This document shows positions 41,208-56,616 of a stretch of 64,000 bases of DNA, piece by piece. Each line of letters starts with the position of its first letter. The stretch's first letter is position 1. The DNA lies in assembly GCA_964016885.1 (NCBI GenBank), contig OZ024742.1, positions 317,068,001 through 317,132,000 on the forward strand. Reading direction: 5' to 3'. Source of the stretch: Eledone cirrhosa (taxonomy: Eukaryota). The notes under the pieces are model-generated. The model ran no database searches. It worked only from the letters and a program-made list of their open reading frames with translations, and was not told the origin of the DNA. Made by a program: the position numbers and the translations under genes.

Positions 41208-43190
41208 TTATTGTTCATTTAGCTTGGGTTTGAATTTATCAATAAAATTCTTTTCTTTGATTTTTCTCTTGATTTCACTTGGGCTGTGTAATTTGTAGAA
41301 TGGGAATATTATAAATATTCCCTGACCACATGTTGCCAGGTGGCCGCTTAGGGGTATCTGACGGACATTTGGGTCTCTGATTTGTTGACGGTGTACCCGT
41401 GCACGTTCCGATAGTGCATTTCCAGTTTGACCGACATATAGTTCTTCACAATTCGGGCATTTAATGCAGTAAATTAGATTTTTGCTTTTGCAGTTCATAT
41501 TTGCATTTGGGAATATTTTTCCAGTTTTTGTTTTCATATATTGACCGGCGTGTATGGATTGACATGTGCCGCATAGATTATCATTGCATTTAGATACAGT
41601 GAATGATTGGTCTTTGTTGTTAAGGTCAAACTTTGCTTTTGTTAGCAATTGCTTCAAATTTTTTGGCTGTCTTTTACTAAGAGTCAAAGATCGATCTGTG
41701 ATTAAGCCTTTTAATTCATTACTTTGAGCAATGATCGGTAGGTTTGCTTTGGCAGTGTTGAAGATATTCTGGTGACATGGGTTGTGTGTCATTATAAATG
41801 GTATGACCAGTTCTTGGTTTCTTCTTCCTTGGGTTGTTCTAAGTTGTTGTATAGGTATTTTTATAGCCCGCTGTATGCCATTTTCTATAAGTAGAGATGG
41901 GTATTTTTGTTTGAGCAAAAATTCTCTTAGTTCTGTTAGGCGTTTGTACCTGGTATTCGTATCTTCTACAATGGTACAAATTCTTCTGGCTAGGCAGTAT
42001 GGGATGTTGCGTTTTGTATGAGGTGGATGGTACGACTTAAAATTCAGATATTGATGGGTGTCTGTGTGTTTATAATATATATCCGTGGTAATGGTGGTGT
42101 CGTTTTTGATTATCATTATATCTAGGAATGGTAATTTGGTCCTACTCATCTCTTTTGTGAATTGGAGAGATGGGTGTAGGTTATTCAGGAGGATATTGAA
42201 CTCATCCAGAGTATCTAGAGATTCTGTCCAGATGATGAAACAGATTTTTCAATGTACTTTCTAAAGTCAGTACTATATTTTTCCTCTATTTCTTGGTAGA
42301 GTTGTTGTTCTAAGTATCCCATTACAGAGTTCGCGTAAACGGGAGCAAACTTCGTTCCCATCGCTGTGCCTCTAATTTGGATATAATTCTTTCCATTGAA
42401 GAAGAAAGTGTTGTTTTCCAGAATAAGTTTAACTGCGTCTAATATAAATGGCGCTGTGAATCTAATGGGAATCACTTCTCTATGTTTTTCCACCCAGTAT
42501 TTAACCGCCTTTATTCCTAAATCATGTGTAATGTTGGTGTAAAGGCTTACCACATCAAAACTGAGTAGAAGTGAATTCGTTTCCGTGGTTTTGGGAAGAT
42601 GGGACAGGAAGTCGATATCATCCCGGATGAAACTGTGTATGTGAATACATAGTGGTTTCAAAATAATGTCAACAAAATTGCTTAGACGGTGAGTGGGGCA
42701 TGTTGGACCAGCTATAATAGGTCTAAGTTTTAAGTCTTTTGGGTGTAATAATTTAATGTACTCACTGTTTTGTTCTCTTACTGCCAGTTGTATTTCTTTT
42801 GACTTGTGAACTTTTGGTAGGCCATACAGGTTGCTGGGTTTCGGCTCAAAATTGGTGATGTAGTCTCTTTCCTTATCAGTAAATGAGTTGTGGTATTTTG
42901 AAGCCAGGTTGTTGATCTTCTTCATGATGTTGTGGTCTATATTTGACGGTATTTCATGATAGAATGTTGTGTCTTTCAGTTGTTCCTCAACCAAATCCTT
43001 GTAGTATTCAGTATCCATTATAACAACTGCACCCCCTTTATCTGCTTGTTTAATTATTATTGTTTTATCATTTTGTATACGTTTAAGTGCAGACATTTCT
43101 GATTTGTTAATGTTTGGCCTAACATTAGTATTATGTCTAAGAGGAAATTTAGACAGGATGTCAATGTATTGGTCGAGATAGATATTTCTT
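41208..43190 (-). pseudogene. PLE RT plus GIY-YIG endonuclease, frameshifted
   Basis: ADKGGAVV, YGLPKVHK, LRPII, FDVVSLYTNI, GTAMGT, CxxxxCxxC, IYCIKC..C..LYVGQT, P.LN. A deletion near 42245 removes the xxDD motif and shifts the frame. Confidence 0.92.
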
Positions 43191-43202
43191 ATATATATAA
43201 AG

Positions 43203-43298
<96 letters not shown>

Positions 43299-43319
43299 AT
43301 ATATACATACATACATATA

Positions 43320-43689
43320 CGTGTTTTGCAACGGGTCACTTTGTGGCTCAATGAAAAGTTAATAAATTAAATAATCAGAGCTATATATCATAAAACATGT
43401 CTATAGAATCACCAGATAAAATATATACCATTTCCTCTCCCAATTAGCATAATTAACTATATAAAAAATCGAATAGACTAGGCTTTAATTGACTGTATCT
43501 GGGCGATTACGCTGTCGAAATATTCGATAAATATTCCGTCGCGGCCGACGCGAAGGGCTAGTTTCGGTTATTTGTTGGAGATTTCTTCATAGAAGCCTTA
43601 TTCTTATAGCCTGGTCTATTCGATTTTTTATGCTAATTGGGAGAGGAAATGGTATATATTTTATCTGGTGATTCTATAGACATGTTTTA

Positions 43690-43696
<7 letters not shown>
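43320..43696. mobile_element. Fold-back insertion in (TA)n
   Basis: Arms ~43383-43473 / 43607-43696, with a degenerate HHR-like remnant in the spacer. Confidence 0.7.
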
Positions 43697-43725
<29 letters not shown>

Positions 43726-43761
43726 TCATATTAAATATGTACACACATATATATATATAAT

Positions 43762-43803
<42 letters not shown>

Positions 43804-43842
43804 TCATATTAAATATGCACACACATACATATATATAATATT

Positions 43843-43876
<34 letters not shown>

Positions 43877-43884
43877 CGTGTATG

Positions 43885-44400
43885 TGTCAGGTCGCTCTCG
43901 AGTGCTACTGGTAACATGTAACCCAGTACAACCTGTCCCATGGTCGGGTAGTTTCCGACTATACCGGCAACACCATCAAGCTTATATTTGTGATATTTGG
44001 ACACCATGCGGGATAAAATGCAAGACCCGGCGAAGGGCGGGGGAACTCAGCAGAGTCAACGGCCATCCAAATAGTACTTTCTTTTTCACCTGGGAGTGAA
44101 AGGCCCCTAGTTGTTGTCACAAAACCTTTCTAAGAGAGGGAAACTCTGAAAAAAGCCTGCGGCTTCGGAAGCATCCAATGATGTTGACCAGTTCTTGTTT
44201 TAGGGTAGTTTTTTCGATACTCAGAGAGTGGAATTGGTCGAGTGCAAGGCTTTTGCTCTCTTAAAAAACTTTCAAAGCAGAGGAATTGCTTCTTCAGGTT
44301 ATGTGACAGATTCGTGTGGCTGGCCGCAGCCTAAAAGTGCACCAGTTTCTGTAATCTGACAAGTGATTTCAATACTCTTAGCAGAGTTTGCAGCCATCAT
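43885..44400 (+). mobile_element. RTE-derived non-autonomous element (diverged)
   Basis: Starts GTCAGGTC...GTGCTACTGGTAACATGTA like 29803. Confidence 0.6.
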
Positions 44401-44547
44401 ATATATATGGCTCCTTAACTTCTGAAGGTGTCATTGCTGTACAGCGTTTGTTGGGCATTTGTAATCTTGACTGAGCCCATCTCCTCTGCAGGTATAAATA
44501 CAGCCTATTTTTTTTCCAGAAAAGGAGATATAGAGGAACAAGCGACC

Positions 44548-44697
44548 CTAATGCTTGACTGGTACTTTTTTATTGATCTTCAATGGATGAAAGGAACAGT
44601 TGACCTCAGCTGGATTTGGACTCAGAGAGCGGAAATGAGTATCACAAAGCATTCTATCCGACATTCCAACGACGACTCTACCAATTCGCCTTCGCCT
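44548..44697 (-). mobile_element. Diverged SINE family A
   Basis: ACTGGTACT...GATGAAAGG...GATTTGGACTCAG...CCAATTCGCC. Confidence 0.7.
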
Positions 44698-44745
<48 letters not shown>

Positions 44746-44750
44746 ATGTT

Positions 44751-44822
<72 letters not shown>

Positions 44823-45166
44823 CGTGAAAGTTTATATTTGTACAATTACGACAACACAAATAAACACTTAAATACCCCGGTATATATTGGTATAACTCGG
44901 TCACATTTCTTAAGGATTGATGTTAAAGTGGTTTTGCTTTTGCTGTGATATCAGATCAATACAGGATTAATTAACCAAAAACAACGATGAAATACATTAA
45001 AATAGGTTGATTGCTTCGAGAATTATCGCCGTATAATCTAAATGCATAAATAGTAGTTGTTATAGTTGAGAAAAACATGTAGATTACTCAAGATAAGTAG
45101 TCAGAGATACCTGCGAGTAATTGAATCCAGCATCAAACGTCCGGATTCCTCGTAGGCGTATATGGT

Positions 45167-45197
<31 letters not shown>

Positions 45198-45495
45198 ACG
45201 CACACGCACACGCACACGCATACGCACACGCGCACACACACATACACACACACACTCATACACACACATGCACGCACACATAGTGCATAAAACGGAAAGA
45301 AACTTCCCAGTCAGATGCAAAACATATCAAGCATAGACACACATATCTCCACCTCACTTAACTTATGAATACCATCCAACTCTGAAACCTGCAAATTTAT
45401 TGTAAATACATCTCCGTAAAAACTTTAATTGCATTTTCAAATTCATTTTCTATATTCTGGATGTGTGGGATATAAAAACACCTTATTTTGTTTTA

Positions 45496-45555
<60 letters not shown>

Positions 45556-45558
<3 letters not shown>

Positions 45559-45875
45559 AAAGTTATATTTAAATTGTTGGGTTAACAACGAGTAAATATT
45601 TATAACTGATATAAAAGCACTCAACAAGTATTTGGAGTATATTTATGATATTAAATAAATGGAAACTATATTTATAAAACCATATTTATTTCGTTATATA
45701 TATTTCAGGGATATCATATTAACAATATGTTATGCCATCTTCAGACAAAATACAATATAAACAGTCTTATAAATGAATAGATACGACATACCTTTCAATC
45801 ACCTTGCATTTGTGAGGTTGATTTGGCAGTCTATATATGAGGTTGATTTGGCAGTCTATATATTTGGCAGTCTAA
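45556..45875 (-). mobile_element. PLE 3' terminus with hammerhead
   Basis: HHR TTTTGT-CTGAAGA-long stem II-GAAA-TATATA-TA-ACGAAA at 45689-45750; related to 49590-49770. Confidence 0.75.
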
Positions 45876-45894
45876 TATATATATATATATAAAT

Positions 45895-46012
<118 letters not shown>

Positions 46013-46381
46013 TTGTATCTAAATATAACTACACGTTCAACATTCGTTCTCTCTCGCTTACTCTCATAGACACATCATTTAGATTAAAGATTGTATGAGT
46101 TAATGTCAAAGAGCTTTTACAAGAACAACATCCTGTGACGTCAGAGCGATGCAGATATCAATAGCTGCACACAACGATGAAAACTAGAATAGGTTGATTT
46201 GACATTGAAAGCTAGGTAAATCTAGAAAGCTAATATATCTAAAGAATAAGGATAGATCAGAATTGTAGAAACGGTGACAAATATCAAGAATGATCGAGAG
46301 GTACACTCATTTGCGAAGGTTCACATGTGTGGTTGGTGTATACACTTATTTACATGTATACACATATATACATACATATAT

Positions 46382-46485
<104 letters not shown>

Positions 46486-46505
46486 ATGTACGTATGTATA
46501 TATAT

Positions 46506-46706
<201 letters not shown>

Positions 46707-46807
46707 TACACATACACACACACATATATATATATACACACACGCACACACATATATATATATATATATAAATATATATACACACACACACACATATATA
46801 TATACAT

Positions 46808-46843
<36 letters not shown>

Positions 46844-46865
46844 GTATATATATACACACACACAC

Positions 46866-46957
<92 letters not shown>

Positions 46958-47386
46958 CGGAACGAGTAGGACCCCGACGGCTGAGCTCAAGCCGTTTCAA
47001 CGGCTAGTTCTGGACTAAATGAAAATTTTTATCCTGGTATTTGAATAGCTGGGTCTCCTCCACCCCCTCTCCCTCTTTCTCCTACTGGCAGGTTCAGTTA
47101 CCCCTTCCCCCCACAAATTGCCATGATAGAATTATTATGTCTCAACAACAAACTTTTGACCAATCCTTGTGACAATCACTTTTACCATATATGGAATTAC
47201 CCCTTGAGAAGCTCGGCTATTCAAATATCAAGATAAAAATGTTCATTTAGTCCAGAACTAGCCGTCGAGACGGCTTGAGCTCAGCCGTCGGGGTCCTACA
47301 CGTTCCTATTACCCACTCTACTACCCTAAGTATTGAGTACTTTGGTGCGTTATGGTCCACCTGGTTCCTTACCACATTTCCTCCGT

Positions 47387-47388
<2 letters not shown>
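46958..47388. mobile_element. Family X fold-back with long-stem-III hammerhead
   Basis: ACCCC-TTGAGAA-stem II-GA(G)A-CGGC(TTGAGCTCA)GCCG-TC-GGGGT at 47199-47294. Other copies have GAAA. Confidence 0.8.
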
Positions 47389-47420
<32 letters not shown>

Positions 47421-47489
47421 CGTATACATATATATATATATGTGTGTGTGCGTGTATGTATGTACGTATGTATATATATATACACACAT

Positions 47490-47708
47490 ATAACAAAGGA
47501 AATGTGGTAAGGAACCAGATGGACCATAACGCACTAGAGTACTCAATAGTTAGAGTAGTAGAGTGGGTAATAAGAAAAAGTATGACCCCGACGGCAGAGC
47601 TCAAGCCGTTTCGACGGCTATTTCTGGACTAAATTAAAATTTTTAGCCTGGCTAAAAATTCTAATTTAATCTAGTTCTAATCCGGTTCCTTACCACTTTT
47701 CCTTTATT
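47490..47708. mobile_element. Family X fold-back (short right arm)
   Basis: Long arm 47490-47650, short inverted GGTTCCTTACCAC end. Confidence 0.75.
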
Positions 47709-47788
47709 ATATGTGTGTGTATATATACACACGTACATACACACACACACACACACACACAGATATATATATATATATATGTATACAT

Positions 47789-48304
47789 GGTGGCTGCCAA
47801 CTCGTTTTCGAGTACGGCCACTACTTTATATCCATGTAGGAGAACCCCTACCGATGCGCTGAACGAGTGTGACTTTTTAGTCCAGCCAGCGACTTGAAAG
47901 CTCTGGTACAAACACTACACTTGTGACAATTATTGACACATAGTGCTGGGCCCATGGTACCATGTGACGACAAATGCAGAGAGATCTCCAGATATAAAGC
48001 AATGCCTGTGCCGTGAAGCTTTTATAGTGAGCAAAGGCACTGCACAAAGCCAGTCCCACTCTCTTAACCAAGATGATATTTACCAAAAAGAAGAACGAGT
48101 CAACATCATTGGATACCATCAGGGTTGCAGGTGTTATATCAGAGTTTTCCTTCTCCTAGAATTCTGCCTTGACAAAGGCTAAGGGGTCATCTCTCCCGGT
48201 GATTTTGGATGGCCATTGACTCTTAAGAGCTCCTTTGCCCTTTGACAGGTTTTGTTTTTAGTCCTGCAGGATGTCCAAAGTCACCCTCCTCACCAAGAAA
48301 CCTT
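47789..48304 (-). mobile_element. RTE-derived non-autonomous element
   Basis: Near-identical reverse copy of 29897-30392. Confidence 0.7.
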
Positions 48305-48328
48305 AGTATGTATACATACATACATACA

Positions 48329-48417
<89 letters not shown>

Positions 48418-48419
<2 letters not shown>

Positions 48420-48562
48420 GACAAAGAAGTGTGGTAAGAGACCAGGTGGACCAAAATGCACCAGAATACTCGATATTAGGGTAGTAGAGTGGGTAATATG
48501 GATGTTCCGATCTAGCTGTCGAAACGGCGGGAGCTCAGCCGTCAGATCCTGACACCCTTCCA
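48418..48562. mobile_element. Family X fold-back (diverged)
   Basis: Minus arm, then a plus arm beginning TAGCTGTC-GAAA-CGGC..GAGCTCA-GCCG-TC. Confidence 0.7.
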
Positions 48563-48611
48563 TATATATACATATATATGCATATATATATATATACATA
48601 CATATATAGAT

Positions 48612-48750
48612 AAGTTATTCCGGGTTCAATCGGAGTTAACCACAGTAAGGTACTCAATACATAGCAGAGTATAAAAGTTTGATATAGAAAAGCTTCTACA
48701 GGACTAGGACTGTTTCATTGGTGCGAAATTATCAGGAAGCTGACTGTCCA
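48612..48750 (-). mobile_element. Solo pLTR end of Hydra-like PLE
   Basis: Matches the 27335/27579 termini. HHR at 48691-48741 with mutated core CTGATAA. Confidence 0.8.
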
Positions 48751-49255
48751 TATTTATATATACATATATGTGTTTGTGTGTAAGTATTTATATATATATA
48801 TATATATTGGTATATATAAATATATATATATATATAGACAAGACAAGCACAAATGCAAAATCACAGACCTATTAGTTTCACGCTCGTGTTTATATGTGTA
48901 TGTATGTGTGTGTGCAATTGTGCGTGTATACATATGTGCACACATAGCATTGTAATACTAGTTTTTCAGAAATAATTTCGTTTTAATTTACATGGAAGCT
49001 GTTTACAATCTAAAGAAGGAAATGATCTCAGTAGGAAATTGTGAGTAAGTATATATGTTGTTTGTAGATACATCCAATGACTTCATTGTAATTAGACACC
49101 CATTGTTATTATTCCAATCAACTAAAATGTTTGACCAAAATGGATGGCTGTTAACAACTCGTTGTGGGCAGATGGTTGGAAGTTGTTTGTTGCAACCTCA
49201 TTATAATGCATATGTTTATAAGTGAAAGTACATGTACACCCCTATCAATAACCCT

Positions 49256-49298
<43 letters not shown>

Positions 49299-49359
49299 TA
49301 CTCACACACACTCACACACACACTCACATACACACACACAAATATATATATATATATTA

Positions 49360-49563
49360 TTAGAAAGTAGGTTTTTTTACAGAATGAAAAATAACCGAGG
49401 TGTCCTACACGAGTGAAAGTATAACGAAAAAAAGATGAAATCGAAAATGCAACTGGAGTCTTATTTAAAAAAAATATATATATATTTATTTGGTTCCTTA
49501 ACCGGTTTCGCAGTTCTGCTTTTCAAAAGTAGAGTTGAGATGGAGGGTCTGTGGTTTTTCTCA
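49360..49563 (-). mobile_element. Solo pLTR end (same family as 60943-61266)
   Basis: Reverse match including TTGAAAA-GCAG..CTGC-GAAA-CCGG. Confidence 0.8.
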
Positions 49564-49589
49564 CACACACATATATATGTATATATATA

Positions 49590-49770
49590 TATATATATGA
49601 TATTAATAAATGGAAACTCTATTTATAAAACCATATTTATTCTATTATATATATTTCAAGGGTACCAACATTTTGGTACGCTCTCATCAGATAAAATACA
49701 AAGTTTGTTTTATAAATATTGACATAGCCAGGAATGAGACCTTAACGGTTCAAGTTTTTCCTTTTGCTTA
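49590..49770 (-). mobile_element. PLE terminus with hammerhead
   Basis: TTTTAT-CTGATGA-GAGCGTACCAA(AATG)TTGGTACCCTT-GAAA-TATATA-TA-ATAGAA at 49640-49696. Confidence 0.75.
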
Positions 49771-52029
49771 TATATATAGAGAGAGAGAGGCTGAATGAGT
49801 TGGGGTGTATAACCCAACGAAACGTAAGAACCAGAATATGTCAGTGTTTTAACTAATACATATATGAATGTATGCGTGTGTGTGTGTGCGCGCGCATGCC
49901 TGTGTGTCCACATATAGCTTTTTTAAATAAATATATGCATAAGAATTATGTGGAACAGCTTCTAAACATCTGCCACCACTGAATTTTAGATTATTAACAT
50001 CTCATATCCCGAGGCCTGCATATGGCATACGTTCGAAACTGACATGCTAGACGTTCCTAATCTATTATCTAACGCCTCTGAAATATGTATAACTGTATTT
50101 ATTTAATAAATAGAAATATAGAAATGTTCTGCCGATGACAGAAGAGGCCATAAAATCTGTTATGGTTGATAATGGATTTTAACACAGCATGCAGTTCATA
50201 AAACATATACTCTCTATATTGCTTTTTCCACTAAACCTTCTGAAATTAAAGAAGGCTGTTGCATCATGTCTTCGAGAAATTTGGATTTTCTAAAGTGATA
50301 GACAGAAATTGAGGTAGCTCACAGTGCAATTCTGCAGCAAATTTGCTAAATCCAAGGTAAACTCTTATTATACAAGAGCGTAAGTTATTTTTCATATTGC
50401 AAAACTACACGTTGCCATGTGTTACAAGGCATATCATTAGACAGATTGGAATATGGAATATATCTATAAACACAATTCGTCTTAAATGTACAAGTCGCAT
50501 CATCCACAGTTGGTTAAAAATCAAATATAAAAGTTCTGACAAGAAAAATGAGAAAGTTATACTTAACAATGTTGTCTATAATGAGATTTCATTGTATGTG
50601 AAATTACATTTCCTCTTGTTTTCAATAGAATAAATATGTTATAGTTTAACTTTTAGAATAGGAAAATACATCTTTAGTGATAAATACTCAGTTCCCATTC
50701 CGTGAAGAGCAAAGGAATGTTGTGTTTTTCCTAGCTATGCATAATGTTGCATCGAGATAACAAACAGTTCTTCATTCTTAACGTTACTTTCTATAGCAAC
50801 AATAGAAACCTAGGATAGTAAATTTTACAATCTGGTGTAAATAAATCGTAAGGTATTTTACAGAAGTAGTCATACTTTCTCCCTACACACAAAAATTAAC
50901 CATATTGCGCCGAGAAAATATACTAAAAAAAGAATACAAGTACACCGATTTGCAGAATAAAAGAAACATCAATAAATAAAGCAAGCGCATATTTCTATAT
51001 TTAGCGAGACAATTACATATAAAACGAAAATCTATTGCAACTGAGAAAAGGATATAAAATAAAATACTAGAGTTGGTAATAAAATAAAATACTAGAATTG
51101 AAAGAAGCAAAATGGGTTAGGCATAACTTCAAAGCATACTTAAGAGAAGTTGAGTGTATATTCTCCACATAATCAGATTAAAAAAACATAAATATATGAA
51201 AAGTAATAATCGTTGAATAAAATTCCTTACTGTATTTGTTCTGGTACTCTTACTTGAAATTCATCGTTGTTCTTTTTATCATTTCAAGGTCGATAAATAA
51301 ACTACTAGGCCACGTCGGCGAATTTCGGAATTGTTACATCAGTCAACGACGACATGTTGCAATGTGTTCTGATATCTTGAGTTCTGAATTCAAAGTCTGT
51401 CTACAATTACAGAACTCAATCTCAACGGGATAGTCCATGGATACAGGATATTTGATGACCACTAGGTCTTTGGCAATAGTCAGTAGAAGATAATTAATAA
51501 GAGAATGATAATTCACTGGTGTGTTAGAAATTACAGGACACTTGGCAGGAGGTTAATATCATCTGAGTCCCCAGATTTAGAACGCTGACCTGTGTATTCT
51601 GGTAGTAGGCAATATGTGAGACTAAATCTTGTCCTCGTCGTCAATCCCCCAAGGTTGACAGATTCTACAGTATCTTTTGTCTCAGACAGTATACACACCA
51701 GTGACCCTTTGATTGGCAGAAGGGATATGAACATTAAATTTCTCCTTGCTATCTCTTTGGGAAAATCTTCTGGGAAGATATTTTCTTGACGTAATCCTAC
51801 CACACTTGTGTTTCTGACATGAAACTGTTTAGGTCTAGCATTTCATTGCTGAACGCAAAACTAGAAACTTATGTGGGGATAGTTCTATTTTACTATTGTT
51901 GTCATTATTATTGCTAATTTTGAGCAAATCTTCAAATAAATTCTCATTTTTGTTTACATCTTATACATCATTATGTTTGTATGTTAGCTTCGTCGTACTG
52001 ATGAAATGTAAAGGTAACATGCGATGGTT

Positions 52030-52146
52030 AGCTTTGCCTTTCATCCTTACGGAGACGATAAAATAAAGTACCAATAAGTACTGGGGTTGATTTAATCGAC
52101 TTTTCCCTCCCCTTCAAATTGCTAGCATTTTACCTAAAATAGAAAA
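52030..52146 (+). mobile_element. SINE family A 3' half
   Basis: CTTTGCCTTTCATCCTTACGG..GATAAAATAAAGTACCA body; another decayed minus copy at ~52615-52800. Confidence 0.7.
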
Positions 52147-53581
52147 AATGACTTTCTCTTTTTGGAGATGTTTTATTTTGTTTCGTAATTTTAACTGTTG
52201 ATTGTTTCCTCCGGTTTATAAAAACAGGGTGTATTTGTATCTATTGTTACAACTGACATTGTGGCGGTTAACTCAACCTGCTAACCCAATAAAAAAATAC
52301 CTATTGATTTACGAGTAAATGAAACGTTTACAAATATTACAACGAAAATATTAAATGGGTTGGATACAGAAACGTTTCAGAACTTCGATAATCCTAAAAT
52401 AATTGAAAAACCAATTTGCATTTATATGAAGCACAAACGTGATAATCCAACAATATTGCCAGAATGAAACGAAAGCTTTCGCCCAACAAACACACAAAAT
52501 AAAAGTGATAATTATATTGATTCTATTTAGAGCTTATTGATTTATTTCTTGCACAATAATAATAATAATAACCATTATCATTATCATTGTTGTTGCTATT
52601 TGTTCGTTAGACAAGCAATTTTGCAAAGGAATAATTCGATAAAATCGTCCCTATTACTTGACTGGTACTTGCCTTTATCGACTCGGGAAGATTGAAATAT
52701 AAAGTTGACCGTGATATGATTTTAACTCGGAATCTAAAAAGCCACAACTAAATACTGCAAAACATGTTTTCCGATTCTCTAGAATTCTACCATGCCACCG
52801 TTTCGAACTACGCAGGAGTATTAATTTCCAGAATTCTGAAATAAAGCAGATAAGATCCCCAAAACCACAACCAAAGTTAACAAAGCAAAACGAAGAAAGT
52901 GATGGCATAATTACTGTAACCCTAGAAAGAAAACTGATTCATATTTTACTTATATGATGAATGAAAATATTGCTGCGGATACATCTGAAAATGTGCGGTG
53001 ACATGTAAAATATATCATGATCCGAAAAATTGAAATAGTGCAAGTCATTGACCGAATGAATACACACGGAAATTACAGAAGCAAGATACCAATTCAAATA
53101 AGAAATTTACTAGAAAGTAATGTAAGGATCACAATATAACCCACCAATTACAAAATATACAAGGTTCCAGAGACAAACACATGAAGAATAAATTACCGCC
53201 AAAGACTCTGTAAAAATATTACAGAATCTGCCAAAGCAGAACCGAGATGACATTACAGAAAATCAAAAATATGAAATAAGTCAACCAAATATATAATTAC
53301 AAGGATATATTGCTTCCACATTTTCCAAGAAGAATAAAAAACATACATCATAAAATAATTCAGCCTGAGTTACACTTTGCGAAAAAGAATCTATACAATA
53401 AAGAAAGTAGGAGACGACAGAGAAACATCGACGAAAAGTACCCAATTGAAACCTCTGCCCATGCTGCATGTAAGTGGGCAGCTCCCCTGAAGAATTGTTT
53501 CATATTCCATCGCCGTCTCGTAAATCATATGTAAGACAAAGAACATGTCTTAAATTTCATCATATATGTATGTATGTATGT

Positions 53582-53664
53582 TGCATGGTCGGGTTATTGG
53601 CGACTAAACCGGCAAACCCACCAAGTTCACTTCATATATATATATATGTGTGTGTGTGTGTGTA

Positions 53665-53696
<32 letters not shown>

Positions 53697-53743
53697 CGCG
53701 TGTGTGTGTGCGTGTGTGTGTGTCTGCGTGCGCGCGCGTCTGT

Positions 53744-53774
<31 letters not shown>

Positions 53775-54130
53775 CGTATGCGCAGGGACATAGAAATAGT
53801 CGGGCTGGATACCCGATTGCGCGGTTAAACCACTGGGAGTGAAGGACCCCTAGCCTTTGTCAGGGCATTCATCTAGGAGAAGGCAACTCAGGAAACTGGG
53901 ATAACTCCGATATAAAATCTACGGCTCAGTAGTTACCGATGATGTTGATGTTTTCTTCTTTTCGGGTTATAGCTACTGTCGCTCAGAGAGTGGGATTGGC
54001 TCAGTGCACAGTCTTTCCTCACTTTAAAAAATATCTTCACGCACAAGCATTGCATGATAGAATTAATTAATAATTATTAATAATGGTATATCGTGCAATG
54101 GCCATACTCGATAACGAGGGGTCAGCCATC
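53582..54130 (+). mobile_element. RTE-derived non-autonomous element interrupted by (TG)n
   Basis: CATGGTCGGG..TGGCGACTAAAC and CTAGGAGAAGGCAACTC match 29803. Confidence 0.6.
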
Positions 54131-54597
54131 ATGTATGTAGTATTATGTGTGAGCATGCTTCTAAGTACGTGTGTCTGTATGTGGGTGTGGTTTTAGAAAA
54201 GACATTAGTCTTTCAACGAAATTGTATTAGTTATTAAGACATGTTTAAACAGCCCGAACAACATTGTTAGAAACCCTACTAAACAAAACAAATATGACAA
54301 TAGTAACATTGTCTCACGTTTCTCCTTTCTATATGTCACACGTTTCTGTTAGACTGTATAACTCTCGGACGGGAATAATTCGAGTTTTCCTCACAACAGT
54401 ACAATGGAGGCTCAAGAATGGTTGTAAAACTATATAACTGAAATAAATAGATAAGACAATATGGTGTAGTCATTGAAGTGTATGTAATATATTGATCAAA
54501 AACTGAAGGATGGTGTGGGGGAGAAACGCATGATAGTGTTACTGTGGCTCATTTGGTGTAGTTTAGTAGCTTTTCTAGCATTATTATTAAGACCTTG

Positions 54598-54692
54598 CCA
54601 TTCTGAGTTCAAATCCCGCCGAGGTTAACTTTGCCTTTCATCCTTACTGGGTCGATAAAATAAAGTACCAGTAATGAACTGGGATAATTGCT
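54598..54692 (+). mobile_element. SINE family A, partial
   Basis: B box and body present. Confidence 0.75.
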
Positions 54693-54905
54693 TGCTGATT
54701 TCAGTATTAACTGAGTCGGTTTAATAGTATTTAATGTTAGAGACAATATTACCTTTCTAATCCTCAGTTATAACTTCGCCATACATTACAACGTTTAAAA
54801 TTTAGTGCACAAGTTTCTGCTTAGCTATATTCTGTTTTATTATTTATATTGTACAGGTGCTTGATTTCATGCTATTTCATGTGATATCATTACTAACTAT
54901 TTGTT

Positions 54906-55312
54906 GGTAGTGGATTGGCAGTATCGGTAGAGGGTCGGACGCCATGCTTTCCAGCGTAGTTACTTCCCTTTGCGGTCTGAGTTCAAATCCCGCCGAGGTT
55001 AACTTTGCCTTTCATCCTTACGGGGTCGATAAAATAAAGTACCAGTAATTTACTGGGTAATTGATGGCCTTGTGCCAAAAGTAGAAACAATTATCTATTA
55101 TCAGTTTGGCGGTGAATTGGCAGTATCGGTAGAGGGTCGGACGCCATGCTTTCCAGCATAGAGTTACGTCCTTTTACGGTCTGAGTTCAAATCCCGTCGA
55201 GGTTAACTTTGCCTTTCATCCTTACGGGGTCGATAAAATAAAGTACCAGTAATACACTGCAATAATTGCTGGCCTTGTGCCAAAAGTAGAAACAATTATC
55301 TATTATCAGTTT
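54906..55312 (+). mobile_element. Head-to-tail SINE family A pair
   Basis: Copies at 54906-55093 and 55108-55298. TCTATTATCAGTTT is duplicated around the second copy (TSD). Confidence 0.9.
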
Positions 55313-56204
55313 CATGTATGATTCTAGATCCGTTCGAAGAAATAGTTTCATTTCAGAATAGTTTAGTATCATATTTAAATCTGAGATTAGCTCTTAGCTC
55401 TAGGATTTCACATAAAAAATAACTAGGGCCTGGATTCTTGAGAGGATAGTGTTTGCATGTTTCATACCATACTGGTATTTTGTTATGTGTATCAATTAGG
55501 TCAGTATCAAAGAAGGTAGTTTTCCAGCGCATATAGGTAAATAGGAAATGTTTTTTGCTTTTTTTTACAATGGCTTAGCAATATAGTGTGCATGTGATGG
55601 AAACGGGATATTTTTGCTGAGCAGTTCACATTGTATAAATCCATAATTGGTTTAGTTATATCTTTACTGTGAGGAATCGTATACTAAATATTAGATCTCA
55701 TAAATCGTTAAAATGTGGAACAGATATCTTGATATACAATAAAGCTTGTACGAGGCATTATTGCGTAATTAGCAGTATATGGGTATTGATTATAGTGTCA
55801 AAACATTTATAGCATGCAATATATATATGTATATATCGTAATATATATTACTGCTTAGCCATCGAAAATACTTCGTCTCCTACGTTGGAAACAATCATCA
55901 GGCGCGATATTACATTTGATTCAACGTTTTCATTAGGGTGCATTACATGGTACAAATGGCTTGTTTTCCCATAGCAACAAACATAAATTATTGAATAAAT
56001 TAAATAAATAAAAAATAGATTGAAAACATCATTGAAAATAGAGTTTTATTGAAAAGGAGTAAAAATAGATTGTTTATCTTCTCTTCAATGAAATGAATAA
56101 TTACACATGTATTTAAGTTCCTATATTGTTAGCAACCTTGTTGCATTATTGAGAATTGAAAGAGGATTATTTGTATAGCAATAACTATATATATATATAT
56201 ATAT

Positions 56205-56549
<345 letters not shown>

Positions 56550-56572
56550 AATATATATTATATATATATATA

Positions 56573-56611
<39 letters not shown>

Positions 56612-56616
<5 letters not shown>

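Larger units (their letters stand above)
40640..43190 (-). mobile_element. Neptune-like PLE, 5'-truncated
   Basis: RT+EN coding region, 3' UTR, and HHR TGAAC-CTGAAGA-TTGCGAAAGCAT-GAAA-GTAC-TT-GTTCA at 40794-40832; flanked by (TA)n. Confidence 0.9.

Noticed and set aside
51531-51825. 90-aa minus ORF as a host exon
   Set aside because: No recognisable homology or partner exons; unsupported.
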